DNA from: Haliotis cracherodii
Taxonomy: Eukaryota
Direction of reading: 5' to 3'
DNA: 64,000 nucleotides
Assembly: GCF_022045235.1 (NCBI RefSeq)
Contig: NW_027266269.1
Coordinates: forward strand, 5,394,001 to 5,458,000
Of the stretch, positions 25,754 to 39,613 are shown in pieces; within the stretch, counting starts at the first letter, position 1, and each line of letters begins with the position of its first letter. The translations under genes were made by a program, and so were the position numbers. The notes beneath the pieces were generated by a model that saw only the letters and a program-made list of their open reading frames with translations, searched no databases and had not been told where the DNA came from.

Positions 25754-27126
25754 CTTTCAAAGTTAGTGTAATGGCTACCATTTTGGACACAGTATAAGTT
25801 AAGGAAATTTTGTGTTTGTTTGTTTGTTTGTTTGTTCGTTTATTGTTCAACTCCGCGATCGGCAATGTTCCAGCTATATGACGGCGGTCTGTAAATAATC
25901 CAATCTGGACCAGTCAATCCAGTGATTGACATCATGAGCACCAATCCACGCAATTAGGGTATGATGACATGCATCAACCATGTCAGCGAGCCTAACCACC
26001 CGATCCCGTCTGTTGCCAAACATTGTCGCCATTTACAGCAAGCATGGGTTGCTGAAGACCTTCTCATCCCGAATCTTCACGGGCCTTAAGGAAGGTAAGT
26101 CCGAGTAATCTACTGAAACACAGCGCATCACAGAACCACTAAGGTAAGGGATATCATATTTGATGTCATCTCGTATTTCCTACAGTGCAAAGTGGGGCGG
26201 TCGGGTAGCCTAGTGGTTAAAGCATTGGCTCATCACGCCAAAAATCCGGGTTCGATTCCCGACATGGGTACAATGTGTGAAGCCCATTTCTGGTGTACCC
26301 CACCGTGATATTGCTGGAATATTGCTAAAAGCGGCGTAAAATCAAACTCACTCACTACAGTACAAAGTAAGGAGAAGATATATGGATGAACAACTTCTTT
26401 ATTGCAATCAGGAACGATGTTTCAGTGTAGGTTCTAAAATTGTCATTAAACTGGTACAGAGTATGGCTGACAAGTATTTATACAGGTAGGAGGCGGTGTT
26501 TATACAGTAGAGTAGATTTAAGGTGCAGTTACCATGGTTACACTGGAGCGGATTATATTTGTCTTCTTTAGATTTGAGTATTGATCATGACTACATTTAT
26601 TTTTTTATATTATGTTATGACGTGTAAACATGAATTATGATCTGTATGATCTGTGACTAAACACACTTATGATAATGTAAATATGATTAAGGTACTACTT
26701 ACATTGTGTATTTAAAGAAATCGTCATATAAAAATAAAAATCCATCATATGAAATACTTGTATTATGAAATTATCATTTGCTTTGTAAAGCAAAGAAACG
26801 TCCTTTTATTGGATTGTCGCTGGTCGTAGTCGGGAAAATCTTGGGTAAGGGAAGTAACTCTAGCCCCGGATAATATGTAATATTGTTTTCGTGGTTACCA
26901 GGATGGCCAGTTGCGAATGTCTGCGGTACCGGGAGTTAACAGAGGGGTGTCAGCCTGTCGGGGTATATCATTACCATGCCAGTGACGCTCAGTGGTTTAT
27001 GTTATGTCAGTCTTGTCAAATATGCGGGAATTGAAGCAAAAGCAAGCACACACATTACATTCTAGGCAGATATTGTTTCGAGTTTCCCGATTTACAATTT
27101 CAAGTTTCTAATATACTGATTGTTAC

Positions 27127-27161
27127 CTTATTTCATCCTTGGCATGTTTAGGAGTAGCCAT
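27127..27161 (-). CDS. Candidate first exon type B (MATPKHAKDEI-R)
   Basis: acaATGG, 35 nt, AG|gtaaca. Confidence 0.65.
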
Positions 27162-28138
27162 TGTTACCAGGTAGTTACTGCACCGTGATTGCATGATGAT
27201 AATAATTGTCAGGTGACGAGGCCACAGCGAACACGGTAACTCGATGAGCAAAACCCTTGTTTCACTTTCGATTTGACAATTCTGAGAAGTAGACCTAAGG
27301 GAGGTAACTCGCTTGGTTCTTCTTTCTTACAAATTGAGATTGAAATATCAATACTTAAGCTGTAATGGGTCGGATGGTTAGGGTCGTGTGGGTTCGAGCC
27401 TGACGTCGTTAAAACGTGTCCTGATTTCTTTTTCCGTGTGACAGAATTTACTTGACAATTATATGTCTCCTGATTTATTTGGACTTTAGGTATACTGATT
27501 TATTTATTTGTTATTTGTGAGTGAGACAGAATTTACCTGGTACTTCCTCGTGTCCTGATGTATTTGGTATTTGGGTTGGTTTGTTGGCTGGTTTGTTGTT
27601 TAACGCCGCACTCAGCAATATTCCAGCTATATGACGGCGGTCTGTAATCCAGTGATTGACATCATGAGCATCGATCCACGTACTTGGGATTGATGCCATG
27701 CATCAACCAAGTTCGCGAGCCTGACCACCCGATCCCGTCAGTCGCCTCTTACGACAAGCGTAGTCGCCTTTTACGGCAAGTATGGGTTGCTGAAGACCTA
27801 TTCTACCCCGAATTTTCGAGGGCCTGGTATTTGGGGTTGAGACAGAATTTACCTTGCACTTCCACGTATCCTGATTTATTTGGTATTTGGGAGTGAGACA
27901 GAATTTACCAAGCACTCCCAATTTTACTGATTTATTTGGTATTAGGGAGTGAGACAGAATTTACCAAGCACTTCCACGTGTCCTGATTTATTTGGTATTT
28001 GGGTTGGTTTGTTGGTTCGCTTGTTGTTTAACGCCGCACTCAGCAATATTCCAGCTATATGACGGCGGTCTGTAAATAATCAAGCCTAGACCAGACAATC
28101 CAGTGATTAATGTCATGAGCATCGATCAACGCACTTGC

Positions 28139-30170
28139 CACAGTGCCAGTTGACCTCTCCCAATGCGAGCTGACCAGTGCTTGATGAGATACTAACCAGC
28201 TCTCACAGTGCCAGTTGACCTCTCCCAGTGCGAGCTGACCAGTGCTTGATGACACACTAACCAGCTTTTAGAGTGCCAGTTGACCTCTCCCAGTGCGAGC
28301 TGACCAGTGCTTGATGACACACTAACCAGCTTTTAGAGTGCCAGTTGACCTCTCCCAGTGCGAGCTGACCAGTGCTTGATGACACACAAACTATCTCTCA
28401 CAGTGCCAGTTGACCTCTCCCAGTGCGAGCTGACCAGTGCTTGATGACACACTAACCATCTCTCACAGTGCCAGTTGACCTCTCCCAGTGCAAGCTGACC
28501 AGTGCTTGATGACACACAAACCATCTCTCACAGTGCCAGTTGACCTCTCCCAGTGCGAGCTGACCAGTGCTTGATGACACACTAACCATCTCTCACAGTG
28601 CCAGTTGACCTCTCCCAATGCGAGCTGACCAGTGCTTGATGACACACTAACCTGCTCTCACAGCGCCAGTTGACCTCTCCCAGTGGTTGATGACACACTA
28701 ACCTATTCTCACAGTGCCAGTTGACCTCTCCCAAGGTGTGTTGACCAGTGCTTGATGACACACTAACCTACTCTCACAGTGCCAGTTGACCTCGCCCAAT
28801 GTGAGCTGACCAGTGCTTGATGACGCACCAACCAGCTCTCACAGTGCCAGTTGACCTCTCCCAGTGCGAGCTGACCAGTGCTTGATGACACACTAACCAT
28901 CTCTCACAGTGCCAGTTGACCTCTCCCAGTGCGAGCTGACCAGTGCTTGATGACACACTAACTATCTCTCACAGTGCCAGTTGACCTCTCCCAATGCGAG
29001 CTGACCAGTGCTTGATGACACACTAACCATCTCTCACAGTGCCAGTTGACCTCTCCCAATGCGAGCTGACCAGTGGTTGATGAAACACTAACCATCTCTC
29101 ACAGTGCCAGTTGACCTCTCCCAATGCGAGCTGACCAGTGGTTGATGACACACTAACCTGCTCTCACAGCGCCAGTTGTCCTCTCCCAGTGCTTGATGAC
29201 ACACTAACATATTCTCAAAGTGTCAGTTGACCTCTCCCAAGGTGTGTTGACCAGTGCTTGATGACACACTAACCTGCTCTCACAGTGCCAGTTGACCTCT
29301 CCCAGTGTGAGCTGACCAGTGCTTGATGACACACAAACCATCTCTCACAGTGCCAGTTGACCTCTCCCAGTGCGAGCTGACCAGTGCTTGATGACACACT
29401 AACCATCTCTCACAGTGCCAGTTGACCTCTCCCCGTGCAAGCTGACCAGTGCTTGATGACACACTAACCATCTCTCACAGTGCCAGTTGACCTCTCCCAA
29501 TGCGAGCTGACCAGTGGTTGATGACACACTAACCTGCTCTCACAGCGCCAGTTGACCTCTCCCTATGCGAACTGACCAGTGCTTGATGACACACACATGA
29601 ACAACTAACTGGCACTCATCTGTTATTCATGAAGAGGGCGTAAAACTATTATCAAACACGTTTTCAAATAAAGGGAATATTTATTTTAGCAAAAGACCGC
29701 ATACAAATCGTCTAAACAGTTTGAGGACATATCAGAAATGTTCAGAATTCTAAATCTACACAGCTTTTGTAATCTTACGTTGTTTTTAAATACACACACT
29801 TTGTCAATAACGGCAACACAACACAGGTATGTTGATGGAAAACAAAAAAGTCACATGTCATTTGGGTATAACAAATCCCTGGAAAAAAGTCCATATAAGA
29901 CCTCTCCCAATGCGAGCTGACCAGTGCTTGATGACACACTAACCATCTCTCACGGAGCCAGTTGACCTCTCCCAGTGCGAGCTGACCAGTGGTTGATGAC
30001 ACCCTAACCAGCTGTTACAGTGCCAATTGACCTCTCCAAATGCGAGCTGACCAGTGGTTGATGACACACACAAATCTGCTCTCACCACAGTGCCAGTTGA
30101 CCTGTCCAAATGCGAACTGACCAGTGCTTGATGACACACACTTATCGGCCCTAGCCACAGTACCAGTTGA
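28139..30170. repeat. 65-bp minisatellite, interrupted by a duplicated ~300-bp flank (29598-29898)
   Basis: Same unit as 4721-6030. Confidence 0.9.
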
Positions 30171-30812
30171 CATAGTAACCTTATCACAGAACAACTAACT
30201 GGCACTGAACGGAACCTCTTTGAAAAACGACTGAAGTCTCTGAAAGTTCTTCAGCACTCATCTGTTATGCATGAAGAGGACGTAAAACTATTATCAAACA
30301 CGTTTTCAAATAAAGGGAATATTTATTTTAGCAAAAGATCGCATACAAATCGTCTAAACAGTGTGAGGACATATCAGAAATGTTCAGAATTCTAAATCTA
30401 CACAGCTTTTGTAATCTTACGTCGTCTATAAATACACACACTTTGTCAATAACGGCAACACAACACAGGTATGTTGATGGAAAACAAAAAAGTCACATGT
30501 CATTTGGGTATAACAAATCCCTGGAAAAAAGTCCATATAAGATGTACCAATTATCACTCAAGATCAGATAGCAGGGGACCTATTCTCACTTCGGTTCATC
30601 TGACAGGAAACAGTGGCACTCTGAATCCTCATAAATCACAATCATAATATTTTTTATCTTCTCACACATATCAGAGAAAAAAGGAGGGGCCGTTTTGTTA
30701 AGGCGTTGCTCGTTATACTGAAGTCCGAGGATGTACTGCCCACATGCCTACAGTGCAGGCCATTTCTGGTCCCCCGCCATGGGTCCGCTGAAAATCAACT
30801 CAATATCCCATT

Positions 30813-31386
30813 TTAGTGTTTTCTTTTTTCTAGGTAATCTACTCGCTTACGAAGAAGTTTAGCAAGGCCTCTCGATGAAAGTTTCGTATAGTCTTCATGG
30901 TTCGCTATTGAGAAGCCATATCTAATCTGATTTATTGAAACGTTAGATAACGTGTCTGTTGCTATCTCTAACAAAGTTTCCAATTCATACTTATCGGCCA
31001 GGTATAAGAAGTGCACTGTGTCGTTACAGTCATGTACATGTTCATATATAGACGTTTTACATAGTGGCAATAGAAACTCCTCACACCTCCTCTTCAGGCC
31101 AACAATCTGGTACTCGTCAGCCAGTTCCAGCAGTTTGTCCACAGTTTCCCTGGTGACAGGCCTGAGTTCTGATGGGTAAATACATAGCAGCATGTCCACA
31201 ATGTCATCACGAGATTTGCCTGGAAGTGGAATTTCAGCCTGCTGCTGTTCTTTAAAGTCGCCATTAAGCATGCGGTCAAAGACATCTGACGCCGTTGACA
31301 GAATCGCTTTATTGACGTAGAGACGTCTTCCCTCCACCACAATCGCAACATCAGATTTAGCTGTGGGTTTATCAAAGACTGATGGC
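30813..31386 (-). CDS. BTB/POZ-domain protein terminal exon, subfamily III
   Basis: Frame extends upstream of the ORF call (PSVFDKPTAKSDVAIVVEG) to acceptor tttcgtattcgttgcag|G, phase 2. Confidence 0.9.
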
Positions 31387-31633
31387 CTGCAACGAATACG
31401 AAATTATCAGATGACGTCATGACTGTTTATTTACACCCACTAATCCAGGCTGGTTATTCTCTGGCTTTGACGCTGGTTTTAGTCCAGCTATATGACGGCA
31501 GTCTGTAAATAATCAAGTCTGGACCTGACAATCCAGTGATTTACATCATGATCATCGATCCACGCAATTGGGATCGATGACATTTATCAACCAAGTCGGA
31601 CCTATACACTGGAGTATGGGCTCGGGTACTCAC

Positions 31634-31662
31634 CTTCTCTTTGGGGATACATGAGTGGCCAT
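31634..31662 (-). CDS. Candidate first exon type C (MATHVSPKR-R)
   Basis: aaaATGG, 29 nt, AG|gtgagt; 247-bp intron to 31386. Confidence 0.7.
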
Positions 31663-31903
31663 TTTCAGCTTGCAGTAGAATTGGCTTCCACACGGACAAG
31701 AAAGGAGATCTTGATCGGAAAGCACACCCGCTAGTGCTTTTAGTTTCGATTTCAACAATAGACAAACATTAATAGGCGGTAACTCGCATGCCAGGTTCTC
31801 GCGTTTCCATTCAACAACTCGTTTATTTATAGGATGCACTATTGATTACACATGAAAGTATAAAACGACTATTGGTGTGTGAATGTGGCCACTTCGCGCT
31901 TAA

Positions 31904-33948
31904 AGGGCACTGATCTAACGCAATTCCCCGGGGCTGGTTGTTGCTTTTGTTATTGTTTTTCCCCCCGCCAGTACCCGGATGTATAGCAGAAATCTAGACT
32001 AGTTCGCGACCTCTGCTGCGTCATTCGTTAGCGCATTAGTCACTTGTATGGGTAGTAATAAGGGCGTATGGTCACATTGATCAACAAAATGAAATACAGT
32101 TTTCGAGATAATAAGGAAATGTAGGTACCTTTGTGGGTAGCATCGGTAATGGTCACGAAGTTTTGATAAGTCACTTGCTTGGTAATTTTGCGATTTTCGT
32201 TTACACTATTTTGACTTGCAACACAAAGTAAATATTTCACCTGAGCATTGCTTTTTGATAGTGTGTATATTTTTTACTGTAAAATGTGTAACATTTTCAA
32301 ATTTATTAAACGCCTAAATATTCAGTTATTTAACAAAGTGACTGAAAAACAGTTCCATCTGTATTATTATGATAACAAATTCCAAACATTTTAATGTTTA
32401 ATGTCATCACCAAGAGACTGAATATGTTACGTTGAAAAGTACATTTCTATGTTGTTTGGCTTCTAATCCTACATAATAATCTGTAATGTTTGTAGGCCCT
32501 TTTGATCGTCTTAATTAATCTGGACAGATATTTTAGTCAAAATGACTGAAATATTTACACATTTTATAAATTGCCTGAGAGAATCACATTTTACAAATTG
32601 AGGGTAATATATACACGCTTACAAAGGAAAAGACCTGTGAAAACAACGTTTATCGCTCATTGAAGAATTTCCCAACCAAGACGTAGAGAAACAAGAACCA
32701 ATCGGTTCAAATGAAGGAAAACAAAATGCAAATACCATAATTACAACCTACCAAATTTATGTGTATAAATTTTAAGCAGCTTCCGTGTTCGAGGAATGTA
32801 TCTGTGAATATCCACACAAAGGAACAATATCCCACTCGTCTGCAGCTGTACAAAGAAACTTATTCGATGTCACGTGTCTCTGTAACCATCAAATATTTTT
32901 AAAAGATATATATCGTTTCGGGATATTATAACCCGTGTTCGTTTCTGAACTGATCACTTGGATTGTTTCAGGTGTTTCACATAGGTGTCAAGTCTCAAAG
33001 GTCGGCTGAGAAAGCCCACGTGACAACTATTTTCATAACGTCCACGGTTCCTAAAAAATCCATTGAGTGATTGATAACAATGATCAATCAATCAACGTAT
33101 TATCAGTTAACCCTTTGAACAAAGTATGTTGTTTTTACATCGGCACTTCACGCCATGATATGAGTGTATTCCCTTTGTTTTAGTAAACCTAGACATGTAA
33201 ACACTCACTTTTGACATATCCACTGTGCAAGGTAACAGTGATTAATCAATCAACGTATTTTCTGTTAATCCTTTGATGACTAGGAACGAAAAAAAGTAAA
33301 TCAACAGATTATTCATCTCGTGCTGGGCTGCCACGTGCATATTACATAACACACATTTCATCTCACTTCAAACCTGGATTTAGATTGAATAATTACCCCA
33401 GACACAATAAATGCCAAATGGGAACCTTGGTCTGGTAATATAAGTGGTGCTACCACTAATTGTACCTGTAATAAATTCATTAACTGAGCATCAAGTGAAT
33501 GACGACAAATACACAAGTGTAGGGTTATACCTGAAAACGTGGATGACAACAAGGGAGTAGTAATCGTATTATTGACGCAATCGGAAATCCGAAATGCTTT
33601 CAATGCATGGGTACTGTTTTTATTATTAAACTATAACTATCTGGGGTATTTCCAAATGACGACATCCGATGAGCTCCGTCGTTCTTTTTGTCTGTTTGTT
33701 TAGGCTGGAGAAATAAATTAACATGCGCACTTTGTCGAAATCTTTATAGATCACAGTTAACCAATCAGTGTTTATGCAAAAATGAGTAAAACAAATATTG
33801 CCTCCAGCCTCCAAGTTTATTTAGCTGTCCTTGCAGACGGTAGCCCAGTCTGTGGTCACGCTCAGTTGCGTTGCGTATCATCCGGGTACTCAAGGGAAAA
33901 AAAACCCAATAACAAATAACTGGGGAATTGCGTTAGATCAGTGCCCCT
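31904..33948. mobile_element. Kolobok-like non-autonomous element with non-matching flanks
   Basis: TIR AGGG(G)CACTGATCTAACGCAATTCCCC at both ends, TTAA on each side. Confidence 0.8.
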
Positions 33949-34140
33949 TTAACAGAGGGTTGTCGGCCTGTCGGGTTATATCATTTCCATGCCAGTGACG
34001 CTCAGTGGTTTATGTTATGTCAGTCTTGTAAAACATGCGGGAATTGCAAGCAAAAGCAGGCACACACATTACATTCTACGCAGATATTGATTCGAGTTTC
34101 CCGATTTACAATTTCCAGTTTCAAATATACTGATTGTTAC

Positions 34141-34175
34141 CTTATTTCATTCTTGGGATGTTTAGGAGTAGCCAT
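34141..34175 (-). CDS. Candidate first exon type B (MATPKHPKNEI-R)
   Basis: 35 nt, AG|gtaaca, phase 2. Confidence 0.6.
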
Positions 34176-34816
34176 TGTCACCAGGTAGTTACTGCACCGT
34201 GATTGTATGATGATAATAATTGTCAGGTGACGAGACCACAGCGAACAGGGTAACTCGATTAGCACAACCCTTGTTTCACTTTTGCTTTGACAATTCTGAG
34301 AAGTAGACCTAAGGGAGGTAACTCGCTTCGTTTTAAATTGAGATTGAAATATCAATACTTAAGTTGTAATGGGTCGGATGGTTAGCGTCGTGTGGGTCGT
34401 TAAAACGTGTCCTGATTTGTTTTGGCGTGTGACAGAATTTACTTGACAATTATGTGTCTCCTGATTTATTTGGACTTTAGGTATACTGATTTATTTATTT
34501 GGTATTTGTGAGTGAGACAGAATTTACCTGGCAATTCCTCGTGTCCTGATGTATTTGGTATTTGGGTTGGTTTGATGGCTGGTTTGTTGTTTAACGCCGC
34601 ACTCGGCAATATTCCAGCTATATGACGGCGGTCTGTGATCCAGTGATTGACATCATGAGCATCCATCCACGTGCTTTGGATTGATGCCATGCATCAACCA
34701 AGTTCGCGAGCCTGACCACCCGACCCCGTTAGTCAACTCTTACGACAAGCGTAGTCGCCTTTTACGGCAAGCATGGGTTGCTGAAGACCTATTCTACCCC
34801 AAATTTTCACGGGCCT

Positions 34817-35050
34817 GGTATTTGGGAGTGAGACATAATTTACCTGGCACTTCCACGAGTCCTGGTTTATTTGGAATTTGGGCGTGAGACAGAATTTATC
34901 TGGCACTTCCAAATTTCCTGGTTTATTTGGTATTTGGGAGTGAGACATAATTTACCTGGCACTTCCACGAGTCCTGGTTTATTTGGAATTTGGGAGTGAG
35001 ACAGAATTTACCCAACACTTCCACGTGTACTGAATTATTTGGTATTTGGG
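34817..35050. repeat. ~56-bp tandem repeat (tttgggagtgagacagaatttacctggcacttccac..)
   Basis: About 4 units; variable copy number at 27825-28000 and 61170-61400. Confidence 0.8.
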
Positions 35051-35179
35051 TTGGTTAGTTGGTTCGCTTGTTGTTTAACGCCGCACTCAGCAATATTCCA
35101 GCTATATGACGGCGGTCATAATCAAGCCTGGACCAGACAATCCAGTAATTAATGTCACAAGCATCGAGCCACGCACTTG

Positions 35180-35725
35180 CCACAGTGCAACATGACCTCT
35201 CCCAATGCGAGCTGACCAGTGCTTGATGACACACACTAACCATCTCTCACAGTGCCAGTTGACCTCTCCCAATGCGAGCTGACCAGTGCTTGATGACACA
35301 CTAATCATCTCTCACAGCGCCAGTTGACCTCTCCCAGTGCGAGCTGACCAGTGCTTGATGACACACCAACCAGCTCTCACTGTGCCAGTTGACCTCCCCA
35401 ATGCGAGCTGACCAGTGCTTGATGACACAAGTCAATCTGCTCTCACAGCGCCAGTTGACCTCGCCCAGTACGAGCTGACCAGTGCTTGATGACACACTAA
35501 CCATCTCTCACAGTGCCAGTTGACCTCTCCCAGTGCGAGCTGACCAGTGCTTGATGATACACTTACAAGCTCTCACAGTGCCAGTTGACCTCTACCAATG
35601 CGAGCTGACCAGTGCTTGATGACACACTTACAAGCTCTCACAGTGCCAATTGACCTCTCCCTGTGCGAGCTGACCAGTGCTTGATGACACACACTTATCG
35701 GCTCTAGCCACAGTGCCAGTTGACA
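35180..35725. repeat. 65-bp minisatellite, about 8 units
   Basis: Same unit as 4721-6030. Confidence 0.9.
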
Positions 35726-36250
35726 ATGTAACCTCATCACAGGACAACTAACTGGCACTCATCTGTTATTCATGAAGAGGACGTAAAAGTATTATCAAAC
35801 ACGTTTTCAAATAAAGGGAATATTTATTTTAGCATAAGATCGCATACAAATCGTCTAAACAGTGTGAGGACATATCAGAAATGTTCAGAATTGTTACGTC
35901 GTCTATAAATACACACACTTTGTCAATAACGGCAACACAACACAGGTATATTGATGGAAAACAAAAAAGTCACATGTCATTTGGGTATAACAAATCCCTG
36001 GAAAAAAATTCATATAAGATGTACCTATTGTCACTCAAGATCAGATAGCAGGGGACCTATTCTCATTTCGGTTCATCTAACAGGAAACAGTGGCACTGTG
36101 AATCCTCATAAATCACAGTCATATTATTTTTTATCTTCTCACACATATCAGAGAAAAAAGGATGGGTGTTGTTAAGGCGTTGCTCGTTATACTGAAGTCC
36201 GAGGATGTATTGCCACATGCCTACAGTGAAAATCAGCTCAATATCCCATT

Positions 36251-36824
36251 TTATTTTTTTATTTTTTCAAGGAAATCTACTCGCTTACGAAGTAGCTTAG
36301 CAAGGCTTCTCGATAAAAGTTTCGTATAGTCTTCATGGTTCGCTATTGAGAAGCTACGTCCTATCTGATTAATTGAAACGTTAGATAACGTGTCTGTTGC
36401 TATCTCTAACAAAGTTTTCAATTCATACTTATCGGCCAGGTATAAGAAGTGCACTGTGTCGTTATAGTCATGTACATATGGATATACAGATGTTTTACAT
36501 AATGGCAATAGAAACTCCTCACACCTCCTCTTCAGGCCAACAATCTGGTACTCGTCAGCCAGTTCCAGCAGTTTGTCCACCGTTACCCTGGTGACAGGCC
36601 TGAGTTCTGATGGGTAAATACATAGCAGCATGTCCACAATGTCATCACGAGATTTGCCTGGAAGTGGAATTTCAGCCTGCTGCTGTTCTTTAAAGTCGCC
36701 ATTAAGCATGCGGTCAAAGACATCTGACGCCGTTGACAGAATCGCTTTATTGACGTAGAGACGTCTTCCCTCCACCACAATCGCAACATCAGATTTAGCT
36801 GTGGGTTTATCAAAGACTGATGGC
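36251..36824 (-). CDS. BTB/POZ-domain protein terminal exon, subfamily III
   Basis: Intact frame; same phase-2 acceptor as 31386. Confidence 0.9.
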
Positions 36825-37071
36825 CTGCAACGAATACGAAATTATCAGATGACGTCATGACTGTTTATTTACACCCACTAATCCAGGCTGGTTATTCTCT
36901 GGCTTTAACGCTGGTTTTAGTCCAGCTATATGACGGCAGTCTGTAAATAATCAAGTCTGGACCTGACAATCCAGTGATTTACATCATGATCATCGATCCA
37001 CGCAATTGGGATCGATGACATTTATCAACCAAGTCGGACCTATACACTGGAGTATGGGCTCGGGTACTCAC

Positions 37072-37100
37072 CTTCTCTTTGGGGATACATGAGTGGCCAT
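37072..37100 (-). CDS. Candidate first exon type C (MATHVSPKR-R)
   Basis: 29 nt, AG|gtgagt. Confidence 0.7.
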
Positions 37101-37341
37101 TTTCAACTTGCAGTAGAATTGGCTTCCACACGGACAAGAAAGGAGATCTTGATCGGAAAGCACACCCGCTAGTGCTTTTAGTTTCGATTTCAACAATAGA
37201 CAAACAGTGATGGGCCGTAACTCGCATGCCAGGTTCTCGCGTTTCCACTCAACAACTCGTTTATTTATAGGATGCACTATTGATTACACATGAAAGTATA
37301 AAACGACTATTGATGTGTGAATGTGGCCACTTCGTGCTTAA

Positions 37342-39386
37342 AGGGCACTGATCTAACGCAATTCCCCGGGGCTGGTTGTTGCTTTTGTTATTGTTTTTCC
37401 CCCCGCCAGTACCCGGATGTATAGCAGAAATCTAGACTAGTTCGCGACCTCTGCTGCGTCATTCGTTAGCGCATTAGTCACTTGTATGGGTAGTAATAAG
37501 GGCGTATGGTCACATTGATCAACAAAATGAAATACAGTTTTCGAGATAATAAGGAAATGTAGGTATCTTTGTGGGTAGCATCGGTAATGGTCACGAAGTT
37601 TTGATAAGTCACTTGCTTGGTAATTTTGCGATTTTCGTTTACACTATTTTGACTTGCAACACAAAGTAAATATTTCACCTGAGCATTGCTTTTTGATAGT
37701 GTGTATATTTTTTACTGTAAAATGTGTAACATTTTCAAATTTATTAAACGCCTAAATATTCAGTTATTTAACAAAGTGACTGAAAAACATTTCCATCTGT
37801 ATTATTATGATAACAAATTCCAAACATTTTAATGTTTAATGTCATCACCAAGAGACTGAAAATGTTATGTTGAAAAGTACATTTCTATGTTGTTTGGCTT
37901 CTAATCCTACATAATAATCTGTAATGTTTGTAGGCCCTTTTGATCGTCTTAATTAATCTGGACAGATATTTTAGTCAAAATGACTGAAATATTTACACAT
38001 TTTATAAATACCCTGAGAGAATCACATTTTACAAATTGAGGGTAATATATACACGCTTACAAAGGAAAAGACCTGTGAAAACAACGTCTATCGCGCATTG
38101 AAGAATTTCCCAACCAAGACGTAGAGAAATAAGAACCAATCGGTTCAAATGAAGGAAAACAAAATGCAAATACCATAATTACAACCTACCAAATATATGT
38201 GTATAAATTTTAAGCAGCTTCCTTGTTCGAGGAATGTATCCGTGAATATCCACACCAAGGAACAATATCCCACTCGTCTGCAGCTGTACAAAGAAACTTA
38301 TTCGATGTCACGTGTCTCTGTAACCATCACATATTTTTAAAGATATATATCGTTTCGGGATATTATAACCCGTGTTCGTTTCTGAACTGATCACTTGGAT
38401 TGTTTCAGGTGTTTCACATAGGTGTCAAGTCTCAAAGGTCAGCTGAGAAAGCCCACGTGACAACTATTTTCATAACGTCCACGGTTCCTAAAAAATCCAT
38501 TGAGTGATTGATAACAATGATCAATCAATCAACGTATTATCAGTTAACCCTTTGAACAAAGTATGTTGTTTTTACATCGGCACTTCACGCCATGATATGA
38601 GTGTATTCCCTTTGTTTTAGTAAACCTTGATATGTAAACACTCACTTTTGACATATCCACTGTGCAAGGTAACAGTGATTAATCAATCAACGTATTTTCT
38701 GTTAATCCTTTGATGACTAGGAACGATCCGTTGATTTACAAAAAAAGTAAATCAACTGATCATTCATCTGTTGCTGGGCTGCCACGTGCATATTAAATAA
38801 CACACATTTCATCTCACTTCAAACCTGGATTTAGATTGAATAATTACCCCAGACACAATAAATGCCAAATGGGAACCTTTGTCTGGTAATCTAAGTGGTG
38901 CTACCACTAATTGTACCTGTAATAAATTAAATGAATGACGACAAATACACAAGTGTAGGGTTATACGAGAAAACGTGGATGACAACAAGGGAGTAGTAAT
39001 CGTATTATCGACGCAATCGGAAATCCGAAAATGCTTTCAATGCATGAGTACTTTTTTTTAGTATTAAACTATAACCATCTGGTTTTTTTCCGAATGACGA
39101 TATCCGATGAGCTCCGTCGTTCTTTTTGTCTGTTTGTTTCGGCTGAAGAAATTAATTAACATGTGCCCTTTGTCGAAATCTTTATAGATCACAGTTAACC
39201 AATCAGTGTTTATGCAAAAATGAGTAAAACAAATATTGCCTCCAGGCTCCAAGTTTATTAAGCTGTCCTTGCACACGGTAGCCAAGTCTCTGGTCACGCT
39301 CAGTTGCGTTGCGTATCATCCGGGTACTCAAGGGAAAAAAAACCCAATAACAAATAACTGGGGAATTGCGTTAGATCAGTGCCCCT
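37342..39386. mobile_element. Kolobok-like non-autonomous element
   Basis: TIRs and TTAA flanks; duplicate of 31904-33948. Confidence 0.8.
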
Positions 39387-39578
39387 TTAACAGAGGGGTG
39401 TCGTTCTGTCGGGTTATATCATTTCCATGCCAGTGACGCTCAGTGGTTTATGTTATGTCAGTCTTGAAAAACATGCGGGAATTGCAAGCAAAAGCAAGCA
39501 CACACATTACATTCTACGCAGATATTGATTCGAGTTTCCCGATTTACAATTTCCAGTTTCAAATATATTGATTGTTAC

Positions 39579-39613
39579 CTTATTTCATTCTTGGGATGTT
39601 TAGGAGTAGCCAT
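39579..39613 (-). CDS. Candidate first exon type B
   Basis: 35 nt, AG|gtaaca. Confidence 0.6.

Noticed and set aside
26703-26727. A fourth leader type (ATG ACG ATT..CAA T|gtaagt)
   Set aside because: Phase 1, so incompatible with the BTB acceptors, and frameshifted to a stop in the copy near 1640-1664; at most a UTR exon.
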